A model generated the notes under the pieces. The model did not search any database. It worked only from the letters and a program-made list of their open reading frames with translations, and was not told the origin of the DNA. Shown here in pieces: positions 32,966 to 42,176 of a DNA stretch of 64,000 nucleotides; within the stretch, counting starts at the first letter, position 1; each line of letters starts with the position of its first letter. The stretch is from a bacterium (lineage in GTDB: Bacteria > Zhuqueibacterota > Zhuqueibacteria > Oceanimicrobiales > Oceanimicrobiaceae): the NCBI GenBank assembly GCA_046757525.1, contig JBHHYI010000001.1, forward strand, positions 64,001 through 128,000, in the 5' to 3' direction. Both the position numbers and the translations under genes were made by a program.

Positions 32966-33021
32966 GCTTGAGAGAGACTGCCGCAGGCAATTGAATAGGG
33001 TGGGCCAAGGTCGCATGAGCT

Positions 33022-33201
33022 TCATGGGCTGTTAATACTTCCAAGGGTAATGAAGCTGTAAAGATTTCTACCGCAATTGTTGTCACATTTGAATTCTTCA
33101 AACAGGCGTTTTGACTCCGTTTCGTCTTTCACGATGAATCTCTTAACATTGCCACATGATTCACAGGTAATGATCAATTCCTGGACTTGAATGGAACTCA
33201 T
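33022..33201 (-). CDS. 59-aa Cys-rich (zinc-ribbon-like) small protein missed by the ORF track
   Basis: GGGAG RBS; MSSIQVQELIITCESCGNVKRFIVKDETESKRLFEEFKCDNNCGRNLYSFITLGSINSP. Confidence 0.7.
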   Translation of the reverse strand: MSSIQVQELIITCESCGNVKRFIVKDETESKRLFEEFKCDNNCGRNLYSFITLGSINSP

Positions 33202-33302
33202 ATTCTGATTCTCCCGTTGTTGAATTGTTCAGCCGTTTAATATAATAAAATCTGATTAATCTTAAAAGTTAAAAGTTGTGAATTCTTGCGCACCAGACAC
33301 CG

Positions 33303-33440
33303 ATGGTTAAGATCGTTATCATCACCCTTTTGTTGTTGTTCATATTTTTGGTGAACAAAAGGAACAAGCGCCTTCACAAATCTATTCGACAACGTCGGCA
33401 AGAGATATTAGACCGCATGCGAAATGTCAGGCGCCAATGA
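33303..33440 (+). CDS. 45-aa single-pass membrane protein with basic tail
   Basis: MVKIVIITLLLLFIFLVNKRNKRLHKSIRQRRQEILDRMRNVRRQ; divergent from the 33201 ORF. Confidence 0.5.
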   Translation: MVKIVIITLLLLFIFLVNKRNKRLHKSIRQRRQEILDRMRNVRRQ

Positions 33441-33508
33441 GGGCAAAAACACAAAATAAATCTTGCATACTATTTAATTATTTGGTATATTTTACCAAAG
33501 AATTTTCA

Positions 33509-33581
33509 GCGGGAGTGGCTCAGTTGGTAGAGCATCACCTTGCCAAGGTGAGGGTCGCGGGTTCGAACCCCGTCTCCCGCT
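33509..33581 (+). tRNA. tRNA-Gly(GCC)
   Basis: GCGGGAG/CTCCCGC stem; loop TTGCCAA; promoter TTGCAT-N17-TATATT at 33463-33491. Confidence 0.97.
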
Positions 33582-33628
33582 CTTTGTGGATCAGGGCTCA
33601 AAATGGCTCTGATCTTTTTTTGTCCAAA

Positions 33629-33701
33629 GGCGGTGTAGCCAAGTGGCCAAGGCGGAGGTCTGCAAAACCTCTATTCATCGGTTCGAATCCGATCGCCGCC
33701 T
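33629..33701 (+). tRNA. tRNA-Cys(GCA)
   Basis: GGCGGTG/CGCCGCC stem; loop CTGCAAA; U73. Confidence 0.96.
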
Positions 33702-33731
33702 CTGATTCGCGCGCGTTGTGGATGCGTGTAG

Positions 33732-33818
33732 GCCGGGGTGGCGAAATTTGGTAGACGCAAGGGACTTAAAATCCCTCGGAAATTCGTTTCCGTGCCGGTT
33801 CGAGTCCGGCCCTCGGCA
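33732..33818 (+). tRNA. tRNA-Leu(TAA)
   Basis: Loop CTTAAAA; long variable arm. Confidence 0.96.
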
Positions 33819-33871
33819 CCGCTTGCTAATATCCAGGAGTTGAGACACGACTCCTCATCTTCCACTCTATT

Positions 33872-33955
33872 GCCGGGGTGGTGAAATTGGCAGACGCGCT
33901 GGACTCAAAATCCAGTGGACTTCGGTCCGTGAGGGTTCGAGTCCCTCCCCCGGCA
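33872..33955 (+). tRNA. tRNA-Leu(CAA)
   Basis: Loop CTCAAAA; long variable arm GGAC-TTCG-GTCC. Confidence 0.96.
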
Positions 33956-34016
33956 CTAAAAGCCCGGTTCAAAAAGCCTTTTTCCCATCCCGTTCTAATC
34001 TCTTCTCGGTATTGCC

Positions 34017-34183
34017 CATGGGCTTCAACGTAAGCCCCCAAACTGTCATTTCGAGTCAGGCGGCTGCCTGACGAGAAATCTGATTTGTGCCTAAATCAGA
34101 CCCCTCGACTACGTCCGGCAACTGCCGGACTCCGCTCGGGGTGACAATCTGGTGCTTAGACGTCCGTTAAGTTGACGCCAAAA
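34017..34183. mobile_element. MITE (shell B) with 10-bp target-site duplication carrying a TGTC-tagged repeat core
   Basis: Imperfect TIRs CATGGGCTTCAACGTAAG / GTTAAGTTGACGCCAAAA flanked by direct repeat CGGTATTGCC (34007-34016 and 34184-34193). Confidence 0.8.
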
Positions 34184-34311
34184 CGGTATTGCCGTTGCGC
34201 CTCTTGCTATGGTGAAACGTCTTATTTGCCGAAATTTGCCACCCAAAAAAACCTTGACATTTGTCCTTATATTTTGAATATTAAGCACGTATCTTTGGCG
34301 AAAGGGGTTCC

Positions 34312-35058
34312 ATGATTTCATTTTTGGTATTCATTACTGCAATAATAGCTGGCATAGGTTACTTTGTTCTGGGGCAGGGACTTTGGGTCATTGTGGCTCT
34401 TCTTGTCGTCACCCTGGCAACACGTTTTCGAGAGCAAACCAAATCTTATGGCAGGTTTGTTGAGGTTGTATTTTTGTTTTGCCTGGTTTCATTTGTTATC
34501 GGACAACTGGGCATACATTTTCCCTATTCTTTGATTATCGTACTGGCCTCTTTGATCATGTTGATTTCTCTCGACGGTCCTGCGTGGGGCGAATTGTACT
34601 TTTTGCCCGCTCTCACGCACAAATATTTTAAGCTGTCTTTGGTCGTGGCTTTTCTGACCTTAGCAGTGTTCGGAATTTGGGTCTTCTTGAAGGTTCCTGC
34701 GGGCGAAAATCCAGTTCCCCTGAGTTGGCCTCTGGACACATTGATCGTTATGGGGGTCGGCTTCGCGTTCTATCTGGCCATTGTGGAAGAGATAATTTTC
34801 AGAAGTATTTTGCTCGAGCGGGTGAAATCAGCGGCGGGCATAAACTGGGCCGTTCCCATCCAGGGCACCTTTTACGGCTTAATGCATTACCGAAGCGGAA
34901 TTCCCAACGGCCTGGGGGGGGTCGCATTGGTTTCCTGTTTCGGAATAGGTCTGGGCTATCTGGTAAAGAAATCCAATAGTGTCTATTTGTCCATGTTGGT
35001 CAATTTTGTAGTCACTTTCTTGGTCTTTTTGGAACTTACCGTGCTTGGCAAGGCTTAG
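34312..35058 (+). CDS. CPBP family (CAAX/Abi) intramembrane glutamic endopeptidase
   Basis: Multiple TMs, EEIIFR, FYGLMH; the last motif His appears replaced by Asn (SMLVN). Confidence 0.85.
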   Translation: MISFLVFITAIIAGIGYFVLGQGLWVIVALLVVTLATRFREQTKSYGRFVEVVFLFCLVSFVIGQLGIHFPYSLIIVLASLIMLISLDGPAWGELYFLPALTHKYFKLSLVVAFLTLAVFGIWVFLKVPAGENPVPLSWPLDTLIVMGVGFAFYLAIVEEIIFRSILLERVKSAAGINWAVPIQGTFYGLMHYRSGIPNGLGGVALVSCFGIGLGYLVKKSNSVYLSMLVNFVVTFLVFLELTVLGKA

Positions 35059-35062
35059 GCTC

Positions 35063-35596
35063 ATGGGACGGCGACCAACGCATTTGGTAAAATATATCGC
35101 CGCGCTTATGTTTTCTAAGGACGAATTGAATCGCGAGGCTAAGCACAATTTGGAGACCCAATTTGGTGAAATCGACCAGGAATCCCCTGCTTTCCGGTTT
35201 ACTCACACTGAATATTATGCAAAAGAGATGGGGCCTGATTTGATGAAGCAGTTTGTCAGTTTCAAGAAGTTAAAGGAACGCGAGGAGCTGGTCAGCTTGA
35301 AGTTGTACGCCATGGGTTTGGAAGACCAATTCGCAAAGGCAGGCCAACGGCAAGTCAACATCGATCCGGCTTATTTGGAGCTGGCAAAACTCGTGGTGGC
35401 TTCCAGAAAAAACTTTGATCACAGAATCTATTTAGGCAAAGGGGTGTTCGCGGACCTGCAATTGCGCTATCGACACGGACAGTTTGTGGCCCTTGAGTGG
35501 ACGTACCCGGATTATCAGTCTGAGATCGTGTTGACCTTCTTGCAGCGGGTGCGAGCACGCTACTACGACGAACTCAACTGCGTGGCGTATGAATGA
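35063..35596 (+). CDS. DUF4416 family protein
   Basis: F.HT.YY.KEMG..L, RQVNIDPAY, VVASRKNFDHRIYL..G, WTYPDY. Confidence 0.8.
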   Translation: MGRRPTHLVKYIAALMFSKDELNREAKHNLETQFGEIDQESPAFRFTHTEYYAKEMGPDLMKQFVSFKKLKEREELVSLKLYAMGLEDQFAKAGQRQVNIDPAYLELAKLVVASRKNFDHRIYLGKGVFADLQLRYRHGQFVALEWTYPDYQSEIVLTFLQRVRARYYDELNCVAYE

Positions 35597-36599
35597 ATTT
35601 ACCTACAAAAAGGCGGGCGTTGACCGGGCCTTTGGTGAACAGACCAAAGCGCAGATTAAGGAATTAGCGCGGTCCACTTTTTCCGAGTCTGTGCTAAAGG
35701 ATATCGGGTTGTTTGGTGGTTTCTACCAATTGGACGCCGAGAAAGCGTCAAGCCCGGTTCTGGTGTCAAGCATCGATGGGGTGGGAACAAAAATAGACGT
35801 TGCACAAATGGTCGGTCAGTACGGCAGCATAGGAGAGGACCTGGTCAATCATTGTGTCAATGACATCATGGTTTGTGGTGCCGATCCAATCTTCTTTCTG
35901 GATTATCTGGCCGCAGATCACCTGAAGGCTGACGTCATCCAGGAGATCGTTCGAGGTATTGCACGCGCCTGCAAGCACGCGGGTTGCGCCTTGATCGGAG
36001 GAGAAACTGCGGAAATGCCCGGCACCTACGTCCAGGAAAAAATGGACGTGGTGGGTGCCATCGTGGGTCTGGTTGAAAAAGACGCCATCATCGACGGCAG
36101 CAAGGTAGGGCAGGGAGATGTTCTGATTGGCGTGGCGTCTAACGGATTGCACACCAACGGCTTTTCCCTGGTGCGAAAGGTGTTGTTTGAGCACAAGAAT
36201 TACAGACCTTCTGATTATTTGGCGGAGCTCGATTCTTCCTTAGGCGAGGAGTTGCTCAAGACACACAGAAGCTACCAGCGCCTGATTCAAACGGTGCGCG
36301 AGGACAAAAGCTTGCACGGCATAGCCCACGTCACAGGTGGGGGGATCGTTGACAATACCAGGCGTCTTTTACCCGGGCGTCTTGAAGTGCAAATTTATTG
36401 GTCAGCCTGGGAGGTGCCGCCTATCTTCAAGATCATTCAAAAGGAAGGCAGGGTAAGCGATTCTGAAATGCAACAGGTTTTCAACCTGGGCGTTGGCCTG
36501 GTATTGGTGGTGGAGAACGACAGCGCTGACCGTTTTCTGCGTCTGTCGAAAACCAACATGGGCGGTTCTTATCTCATTGGAACCGTAGTAAGCAAGTAG
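35589..36599 (+). CDS. purM: Phosphoribosylformylglycinamidine cyclo-ligase
   Basis: TYKKAGVD, DGVGTK, GGETAEMPG, SNGLHTNGFSL, HVTGGG, VFNLG. Confidence 0.97.
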   Translation: MNEFTYKKAGVDRAFGEQTKAQIKELARSTFSESVLKDIGLFGGFYQLDAEKASSPVLVSSIDGVGTKIDVAQMVGQYGSIGEDLVNHCVNDIMVCGADPIFFLDYLAADHLKADVIQEIVRGIARACKHAGCALIGGETAEMPGTYVQEKMDVVGAIVGLVEKDAIIDGSKVGQGDVLIGVASNGLHTNGFSLVRKVLFEHKNYRPSDYLAELDSSLGEELLKTHRSYQRLIQTVREDKSLHGIAHVTGGGIVDNTRRLLPGRLEVQIYWSAWEVPPIFKIIQKEGRVSDSEMQQVFNLGVGLVLVVENDSADRFLRLSKTNMGGSYLIGTVVSK

Positions 36600-36612
36600 G
36601 CAAGGAGGGACT

Positions 36613-37608
36613 TTGACACGTTTAGGCATCATAGGGGCAGGAAGTTGGGGAACAGCTCTGGCCATTCTGCTAAATTCAAACGGTCGCCAGGTAACGTTGT
36701 GGAGCCGCAACAGCGAAGTCATCGATTCGATTTTAAAACAGAGGGTCAATAAGAAATACTTGCCGGATGCCAATTTAGCCCCAGAAATCCAAATCGATGA
36801 CGATCTAAACAGGGTCGTGCGGGAAAAAGATGGCATCATCGTGGCGGTTCCGTCGCACGCGGTTCGGTCTGTGATGAACGCTATCGATGAGATCGACGAT
36901 GAGAGCATTCTGATCAGCGTCGTCAAGGGCATTGAAAACCACACCTTGTTGCGCGTCAGTGAAATCTTGAAAGAAAAATACAGTGAAGAGAGAATCGCTG
37001 TTTTGTGTGGTCCAAGTCATGCCGAGGAAGTCTGCAAAATGATTCCCACAGCGGTGGTGTGCGCCTCCAAAAACTTGAGGACTGCCGAATGGGTACAGAA
37101 AACGTTTATGGCTCCAACCTTCCGCGTTTACATGCACAGCGATGTGATTGGTGTAGAGCTTGGGGCCTCGTTGAAAAATATCATCGCCGTGGCGGCAGGC
37201 ATCATCGATGGGGTCGGCGCCGGGGACAACACCAAGGCGGCCCTAATCACCCGCGCCCTGGCTGAAATAACCCGGCTCGGGACCAGTTTGGGGGCCAACT
37301 CTCTGACGTTTGCCGGCCTGTCCGGCATGGGGGATTTAATCGTTACTTGTATGAGCAAATATAGCCGGAATCGTTATCTTGGAGAACAGATTGGCAGAGG
37401 CAAATCCCTGGAAGAGGTACTCGCGGAGATGGTAATGGTTGCGGAAGGCGTTAAAACAACACGGTCAGCGCATGAATTGGCTGCGAAACATCACGTCGAA
37501 GTACCGATCATCAGCGAAGCCTATCATGTGCTGTTCGAAAACAAGGACCCCCAAAAAGCGGTGTTCGATTTAATGACCAGGGCCGCCAAAATTGAGGATT
37601 GGGGTTAA
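36613..37608 (+). CDS. gpsA: NAD(P)H-dependent glycerol-3-phosphate dehydrogenase
   Basis: GAGSWGTALA, KGIE, GPSHAEEV, KNIIA, GLSGMGDLIVTC.S..SRN. Confidence 0.97.
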   Translation: MTRLGIIGAGSWGTALAILLNSNGRQVTLWSRNSEVIDSILKQRVNKKYLPDANLAPEIQIDDDLNRVVREKDGIIVAVPSHAVRSVMNAIDEIDDESILISVVKGIENHTLLRVSEILKEKYSEERIAVLCGPSHAEEVCKMIPTAVVCASKNLRTAEWVQKTFMAPTFRVYMHSDVIGVELGASLKNIIAVAAGIIDGVGAGDNTKAALITRALAEITRLGTSLGANSLTFAGLSGMGDLIVTCMSKYSRNRYLGEQIGRGKSLEEVLAEMVMVAEGVKTTRSAHELAAKHHVEVPIISEAYHVLFENKDPQKAVFDLMTRAAKIEDWG

Positions 37609-37614
37609 GGGTTT

Positions 37615-38451
37615 ATGGTAAAGTCCATCTTGCTGTCCGTTGACGGCTCGAGTTACACCGAAGCAGTTGTCAAGCAGGGCATTTATTTGGCAAATGCGTT
37701 CGAATCGCACATAAGGGTGGTGTCTGTGGTGGACATTCGTTTGTTTGAATGGCCCATGGGCATGGGTGCCGACGCCTTTGTGCCAATCATTCCTTCGTCG
37801 CTCTATCAAGAAGAGTCCAAAAGAATGTTGGAAGCTAAATCCGATGCCGTGCTCCAGAAATGTTCCGGCTTACTCCAAAGCGAAGGTCTGGAATTTGAGA
37901 CGGAAAAAATCTACGGCCCGCCTGTCGATGTGATTTGCGAAAAGTCCTACTTAGTGGATTTGTTGATTATGGGGTCGCGGGGAGAATTTGCTAAATGGAA
38001 GAGCAAATTGGTGGGAGCAACTCTCGAAGCCGTAGTGCGACAGTGCAACAAGCCCATATTAATCACGCGCGAACGATTCAACCCAATTTCTAAAATCCTC
38101 GTAGCCTATGACGGCAGCGACAAGGCCAACAAGGCCTTGCAGTTGGTGGCGTTTTTTGGCACCAAATTGAAGGCGAACATTGTCGTCTTGGCTGTCCATG
38201 AAAATGATCAAGTTCGCAACAAATACCTCCAGGAGGCCGATGCTTACCTGGAACCTTACAAATGCGATTTAGAACTCATCGGCGTTTCGGGCAGCCCTGA
38301 GAAGTCGATCGTACAACTTGCCAATGAGAAAGCTTGTGACTTAATCGTGATAGGGGCCTTTGGACATTCAAGAATTCGAGAAGCCATCCTGGGCAGTACA
38401 ACAGAGCAGGTGATGCGAGCAGCCAGAATTCCGGTTCTGTTGTCCAAGTAG
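37615..38451 (+). CDS. Universal stress protein (two USP domains)
   Basis: ILLSVDGS, ILVAYDGS, DLIVIGAFGHSRIREAILGSTTE. Confidence 0.92.
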   Translation: MVKSILLSVDGSSYTEAVVKQGIYLANAFESHIRVVSVVDIRLFEWPMGMGADAFVPIIPSSLYQEESKRMLEAKSDAVLQKCSGLLQSEGLEFETEKIYGPPVDVICEKSYLVDLLIMGSRGEFAKWKSKLVGATLEAVVRQCNKPILITRERFNPISKILVAYDGSDKANKALQLVAFFGTKLKANIVVLAVHENDQVRNKYLQEADAYLEPYKCDLELIGVSGSPEKSIVQLANEKACDLIVIGAFGHSRIREAILGSTTEQVMRAARIPVLLSK

Positions 38452-38461
38452 TTGCCGGTTG

Positions 38462-38580
38462 CTTAAAAAACTGAGTTTTTAAGTGAAAATTGCACGCTAT
38501 TTAAGTTGTTGGACATGGGAATGTCATGATTACCCAAAAAATAAATAATGGTAAATTACCAAAAAAACTCAGTTTTTTGG
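38462..38580. repeat. Inverted pair of AT-rich REP-like palindromes
   Basis: AAAAAACTGAGTTTTT (near 38465) and its reverse complement AAAAACTCAGTTTTTT (near 38563). Confidence 0.6.
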
Positions 38581-38640
38581 GTCAGGTTAAATAAGCTCCA
38601 ATGAATTATTCAGGCTAAAACAGAAGAGGGATGACACTGA

Positions 38641-39936
38641 ATGAACGCACAAACCTATATTTCCGATTTGTCGAAACATGTGGGGCAGGAAGTTTCCGTC
38701 TATGGTTGGCTTTACAACAAACGCTCCAGCGGCAAGTTGTGGTTTTTGTTGATACGGGACGGGAGCGGCATTCTGCAGGCTGTTGCCTTTCGCGGTGATG
38801 TGGGTGAAGAAATCTTTGAACAGTGTGAGCAAGTGACTCAGGAATCTTCGGTCATCGTTAGCGGTACGGTCAATGCAGACAAACGGGCGCCAGGCGGTTA
38901 CGAACTGCAGTTGAGGGGCATCCAAATCCTCCAATTGGCCAGGGATTATCCCATTACTCCCAAGGAACATGGCACCACTTTCCTGATGGATTACAGGCAT
39001 CTTTGGCTGAGGTCTTCGCGGCAACATGCCATTTTGAGAATCAGGCATGAAGTTGTTCGTGCTTGCAGAGATTTTTTCGATCAACGAGGGTTCGTGTTGC
39101 TGGACGCGCCGATCTTTACCCCGGCGGCTTGCGAAGGGACCACCACATTGTTTGAAACCGACTATTTTGGCTCGAAAGCGTATTTGACCCAGAGCGGCCA
39201 GCTCTACATGGAGGCCGGCGCCATGGCGTTCGGAAAAGTTTATTGCTTCGGCCCCACCTTTCGGGCGGAAAAATCAAAAACGCGACGTCATCTGACCGAA
39301 TTTTGGATGATTGAGCCGGAAGTTGCCTACATGGATTTGGATGGCGACATGAATCTGGCCGAGGAGATGGTCACGTTTGTCGTCCAGCGAGTCCTGGAAA
39401 ACCGTGCCGAAGAGCTGAAAGTGCTCGAGCGGGATACCGGGCCCTTGGAGAAAGTCCAAACCCCGTTTCCCAGAATCAAATATGACGAAGCGGTTGCAAT
39501 CCTCAAGAAGAACGGGGTCGCTTTTGAGTGGGGCAACGATTTTGGCGGCACAGATGAAACTGTCATATCGGAACAGTTTGATCGTCCGGTCCTGGTGCAT
39601 CGCTACCCAGCGGAAATCAAAGCTTTTTACATGAAGAACGATCCGCAACAACCCGATCGGTCTTTATCGGTCGACATGTTGGCTCCTGAAGGCTACGGCG
39701 AAATCATCGGTGGTGGGCAGCGCGAGGACGATTTGGCGGTGTTAGAGAAAAAGATCCAGGCCCACGATTTACCCCAAAAAGCCTTTGAGTGGTATCTCGA
39801 TTTGCGCCGCTATGGCTCGGTGCCGCATGCGGGATTTGGGTTGGGCATCGAGCGTGCGGTGACCTGGATTTGCGGGCTAAAACATTTGCGCGAAACCAGT
39901 CCGTTTCCGCGACTCATGCATCGCATCTATCCGTAG
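38641..39936 (+). CDS. asnS: Asparagine--tRNA ligase
   Basis: [59 protein letters not shown]. Confidence 0.95.
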   Translation: MNAQTYISDLSKHVGQEVSVYGWLYNKRSSGKLWFLLIRDGSGILQAVAFRGDVGEEIFEQCEQVTQESSVIVSGTVNADKRAPGGYELQLRGIQILQLARDYPITPKEHGTTFLMDYRHLWLRSSRQHAILRIRHEVVRACRDFFDQRGFVLLDAPIFTPAACEGTTTLFETDYFGSKAYLTQSGQLYMEAGAMAFGKVYCFGPTFRAEKSKTRRHLTEFWMIEPEVAYMDLDGDMNLAEEMVTFVVQRVLENRAEELKVLERDTGPLEKVQTPFPRIKYDEAVAILKKNGVAFEWGNDFGGTDETVISEQFDRPVLVHRYPAEIKAFYMKNDPQQPDRSLSVDMLAPEGYGEIIGGGQREDDLAVLEKKIQAHDLPQKAFEWYLDLRRYGSVPHAGFGLGIERAVTWICGLKHLRETSPFPRLMHRIYP

Positions 39937-39943
39937 TTTTTCA

Positions 39944-40399
39944 ATGCAACACAAAATCATTGGCGTCATCGGGGGCAGCGACTGCACGGCTGAGACGGAG
40001 CGTTTGGCCGAGGAAGTGGGGGCGTTGATCGCGCAAAAGAATGCTGTTTTGATTTGTGGCGGGCTCGGTGGCGTCATGGCAGCGGCGTGTCGCGGTGCGA
40101 AGAAACACGGGGGCACGACCATCGGGATTCTGCCAGGAAAAGACAAAACCCAAGCCAACCCGTTTGTAGACATTGCGATTGTAACCGGCATGAGCGATGC
40201 CCGCAATGTCATCATCATTCGGTCGTCGCAGGCGGTGATCGCCATTGACGGCTCGTATGGCACGCTCTCGGAGATTTCGTTTTGTCTGAAGTTTAAAGTC
40301 CCGGTAATTGGCTTGCAAACCTGGGAAGTCGACCCGGGCATCGTTCGTGCTGAGAATGCACGGGATGCTGTGAATTTAGCATTTGACGCAGCTTGTTAA
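39944..40399 (+). CDS. TIGR00725 family LOG/SLOG-fold protein
   Basis: IGVIGG, CGGLGGVM, ARN, GSYGTLSEI. Confidence 0.88.
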   Translation: MQHKIIGVIGGSDCTAETERLAEEVGALIAQKNAVLICGGLGGVMAAACRGAKKHGGTTIGILPGKDKTQANPFVDIAIVTGMSDARNVIIIRSSQAVIAIDGSYGTLSEISFCLKFKVPVIGLQTWEVDPGIVRAENARDAVNLAFDAAC

Positions 40400-40406
40400 C
40401 TTTTCA

Positions 40407-40682
40407 ATGGATGTCTGTGTAAAGTTAATCGTTAAAGGATTGGTCCAGGGAGTTGGATTCCGCTGGTTCGTCTACCGGGTCGCCAACAATTTTGGCGTGC
40501 GGGGCTATGTCAGGAATCTGTACAATGGCGACGTCGAAATTGAAGCGGAAGGGGAACGCGGCCCGGTCGAAGAACTCATTAAAGAAGTCAAAAAGGGACC
40601 GATGTTTGCGAAGGTGGTGGATGTTCTAATCGAGTGGAAAGCTGACAAACCAAAATACAATTCCTTTAGAATCGAGCCTTAA
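40407..40682 (+). CDS. acyP: Acylphosphatase
   Basis: GLVQGVGFR, GYVRN..GDVE. Confidence 0.93.
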   Translation: MDVCVKLIVKGLVQGVGFRWFVYRVANNFGVRGYVRNLYNGDVEIEAEGERGPVEELIKEVKKGPMFAKVVDVLIEWKADKPKYNSFRIEP

Positions 40683-40703
40683 CAATTAGAGGGGAGGGCC
40701 CAA

Positions 40704-41228
40704 ATGCCAGATTTAGAAAGATCGATTCGCAATGTCCCGGATTTCCCCCAAAAGGGTATTGGTTTCAAAGATATTACCACGCTGTTGAAAGACAGGATGG
40801 CTTTCAAACAGGCCGTGTACGAAATGGCCGCCAGGTTCAACTCAGATGCCATTGAAAAAATTGTTGGCATCGAATCGCGCGGATTTATTTTCGGCGCTGC
40901 TCTGGCTTTCCACTGGGGCCTGGGCTTTGTGCCGGTGCGCAAGCCGGGCAAGCTTCCTGCCGAAATCGTTAGCCAGGAATATGACCTGGAGTACGGAACC
41001 GACAGAATCGAGATTCATAAAGACGCCATTTTGCCTGGCGAAAATGTGCTTATCGTGGATGACCTTTTGGCTACGGGCGGAACAGCTTCCGCCACGGTTA
41101 AAGTCGTAGAAAAATTGGGTGGGAAAATATTGGGGCTGGTATTCTTGATTGAGTTGACTTTTTTAAAGGGCCGCGAGAAATTGAAAAGCTACGACGTCGC
41201 TTCCATCATCAAGTACGACTCGGAGTAA
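40704..41228 (+). CDS. apt: Adenine phosphoribosyltransferase
   Basis: PDFP.KGI.FKDIT, ESRGF, RKPGKLP, LEYG, VDDLLATGGT. Confidence 0.97.
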   Translation: MPDLERSIRNVPDFPQKGIGFKDITTLLKDRMAFKQAVYEMAARFNSDAIEKIVGIESRGFIFGAALAFHWGLGFVPVRKPGKLPAEIVSQEYDLEYGTDRIEIHKDAILPGENVLIVDDLLATGGTASATVKVVEKLGGKILGLVFLIELTFLKGREKLKSYDVASIIKYDSE

Positions 41229-41300
41229 CACCGCAGCCTCCACGAGTTGCTCACTGGCCTAAATGTCGTCTCTGAAGAACCCCTCCACGCCAAATAAAAA

Positions 41301-41362
41301 AGGCAGGAGTGGAAGGAATATTGGTTCTTCAAGGCTACATTAACCTTTAGCGACTCCTGCCT
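41301..41362. other. Long intergenic hairpin (terminator-like on the minus strand)
   Basis: AGGCAGGAGT...ACTCCTGCCT flanked by A-runs. Confidence 0.5.
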
Positions 41363-41443
41363 AAAATCTTTGTTTTGGGTAACAAGAATAAGCCGCTCAT
41401 TATTCCTGAAGTTATGTTTCCTAGGGACTGAGCTGTTTTGGTA

Positions 41444-41508
41444 TTGAGGCTGTCCAAAAAGTCGCCTACGGCTGTCCTTCCCGATTCCGACTTTTTGGAC
41501 AGCCCCAA
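41444..41508. mobile_element. Minimal MITE / IS-end pair
   Basis: 17-bp perfect IR GGCTGTCCAAAAAGTCG / CGACTTTTTGGACAGCC around a 23-bp spacer. Confidence 0.6.
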
Positions 41509-41570
41509 GAATGTGGCCGCAGCTTAGTCGAATCCTTTTGTGCCTGGAGATTTTATATTCAAATAAGTAG

Positions 41571-41678
41571 GAGCTCAATCTCCGCACCTCTAGAGGCGTG
41601 GTGGTCAAGTATTTTCCACTGAAAACGGGTGAAGTAGATTATCTGCTCTTCGTGGATAGAAAAGCGGTCAGCGGTGTC
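41571..41678 (+). pseudogene. Relic of type I restriction enzyme R subunit (HsdR) N-terminus
   Basis: Reads ELNLRTSRGVVVKYFPLKTGEVDYLLFVDRKAV, matching the HsdR pattern LNL...GVAVREFP..G.ADYLLFVD.KAVG; in-frame stop just upstream and no continuation. Confidence 0.65.
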
Positions 41679-41719
41679 TTCAACCCGACCGACGAGTACT
41701 TGAAAAGAAGCACGATGTC

Positions 41720-41885
41720 CTTTGCGAAGGCTGAAGCAAGGCTTCAGCACTCCCAAGGCATGAGATGTTTTTAGGAGTGCGGGAGCCACGCTCCCGTCTT
41801 CGTTCGACCCCTGCTTCAGGTGTCCAAGTTGCACGCAAAGAAGCAGGATTGCCTTTGCAGAAGGCTGAAGCCACGCTCCCGCCTT
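41720..41885. repeat. REP-like palindrome cluster
   Basis: GGCTGAAGC-AAG-GCTTCAGCACTCC, GGAGTGCGGGAGC-CAC-GCTCCCG, and a hybrid copy CCTTTGCAGAAGGCTGAAGCCACGCTCCCG. Confidence 0.7.
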
Positions 41886-42063
41886 AGGCAGAGTGGGAAT
41901 ACTCCAATTATTCTAACTGGTTCTGCTTACACAACGGTACGCGGTTGACCGAGAATTTATTGCGTACCTTTAGCTGAAAAATCCTTGATCTTTTTTAAAT
42001 AATTCTTAAATTAGGGCATGTTTCATCGAGGTCAGAAAGCAAAAGGCGGCGATGAGACCCATT

Positions 42064-42138
42064 GCCCCTATAGCTCAGTCTGGACAGAGCAGTGGTTTCC
42101 TAAACCATGTGTCGCAGGTTCGAGTCCTGCTAGGGGTA
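42064..42138 (+). tRNA. tRNA-Arg(CCT)
   Basis: GCCCCTA/TAGGGGT stem; loop TTCCTAA; GGTTCGA. Confidence 0.95.
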
Positions 42139-42176
42139 CTCAAACTATCATTAACCGTTGAGGAGAACTGACAAAA

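Noticed and set aside
33437..34041. ORFs of 64-105 aa in the tRNA cluster
   Set aside because: They overlap clear tRNA genes
34184..34198. CGGTATTGCCGTTGC as a sigma54 promoter
   Set aside because: Weak -24 element that coincides with the MITE target duplication; a sigma70-type promoter at 34254-34282 explains the downstream gene
15419..41885. Palindromic repeats as a CRISPR array
   Set aside because: Dispersed, with no regular repeat-spacer period and no cas genes
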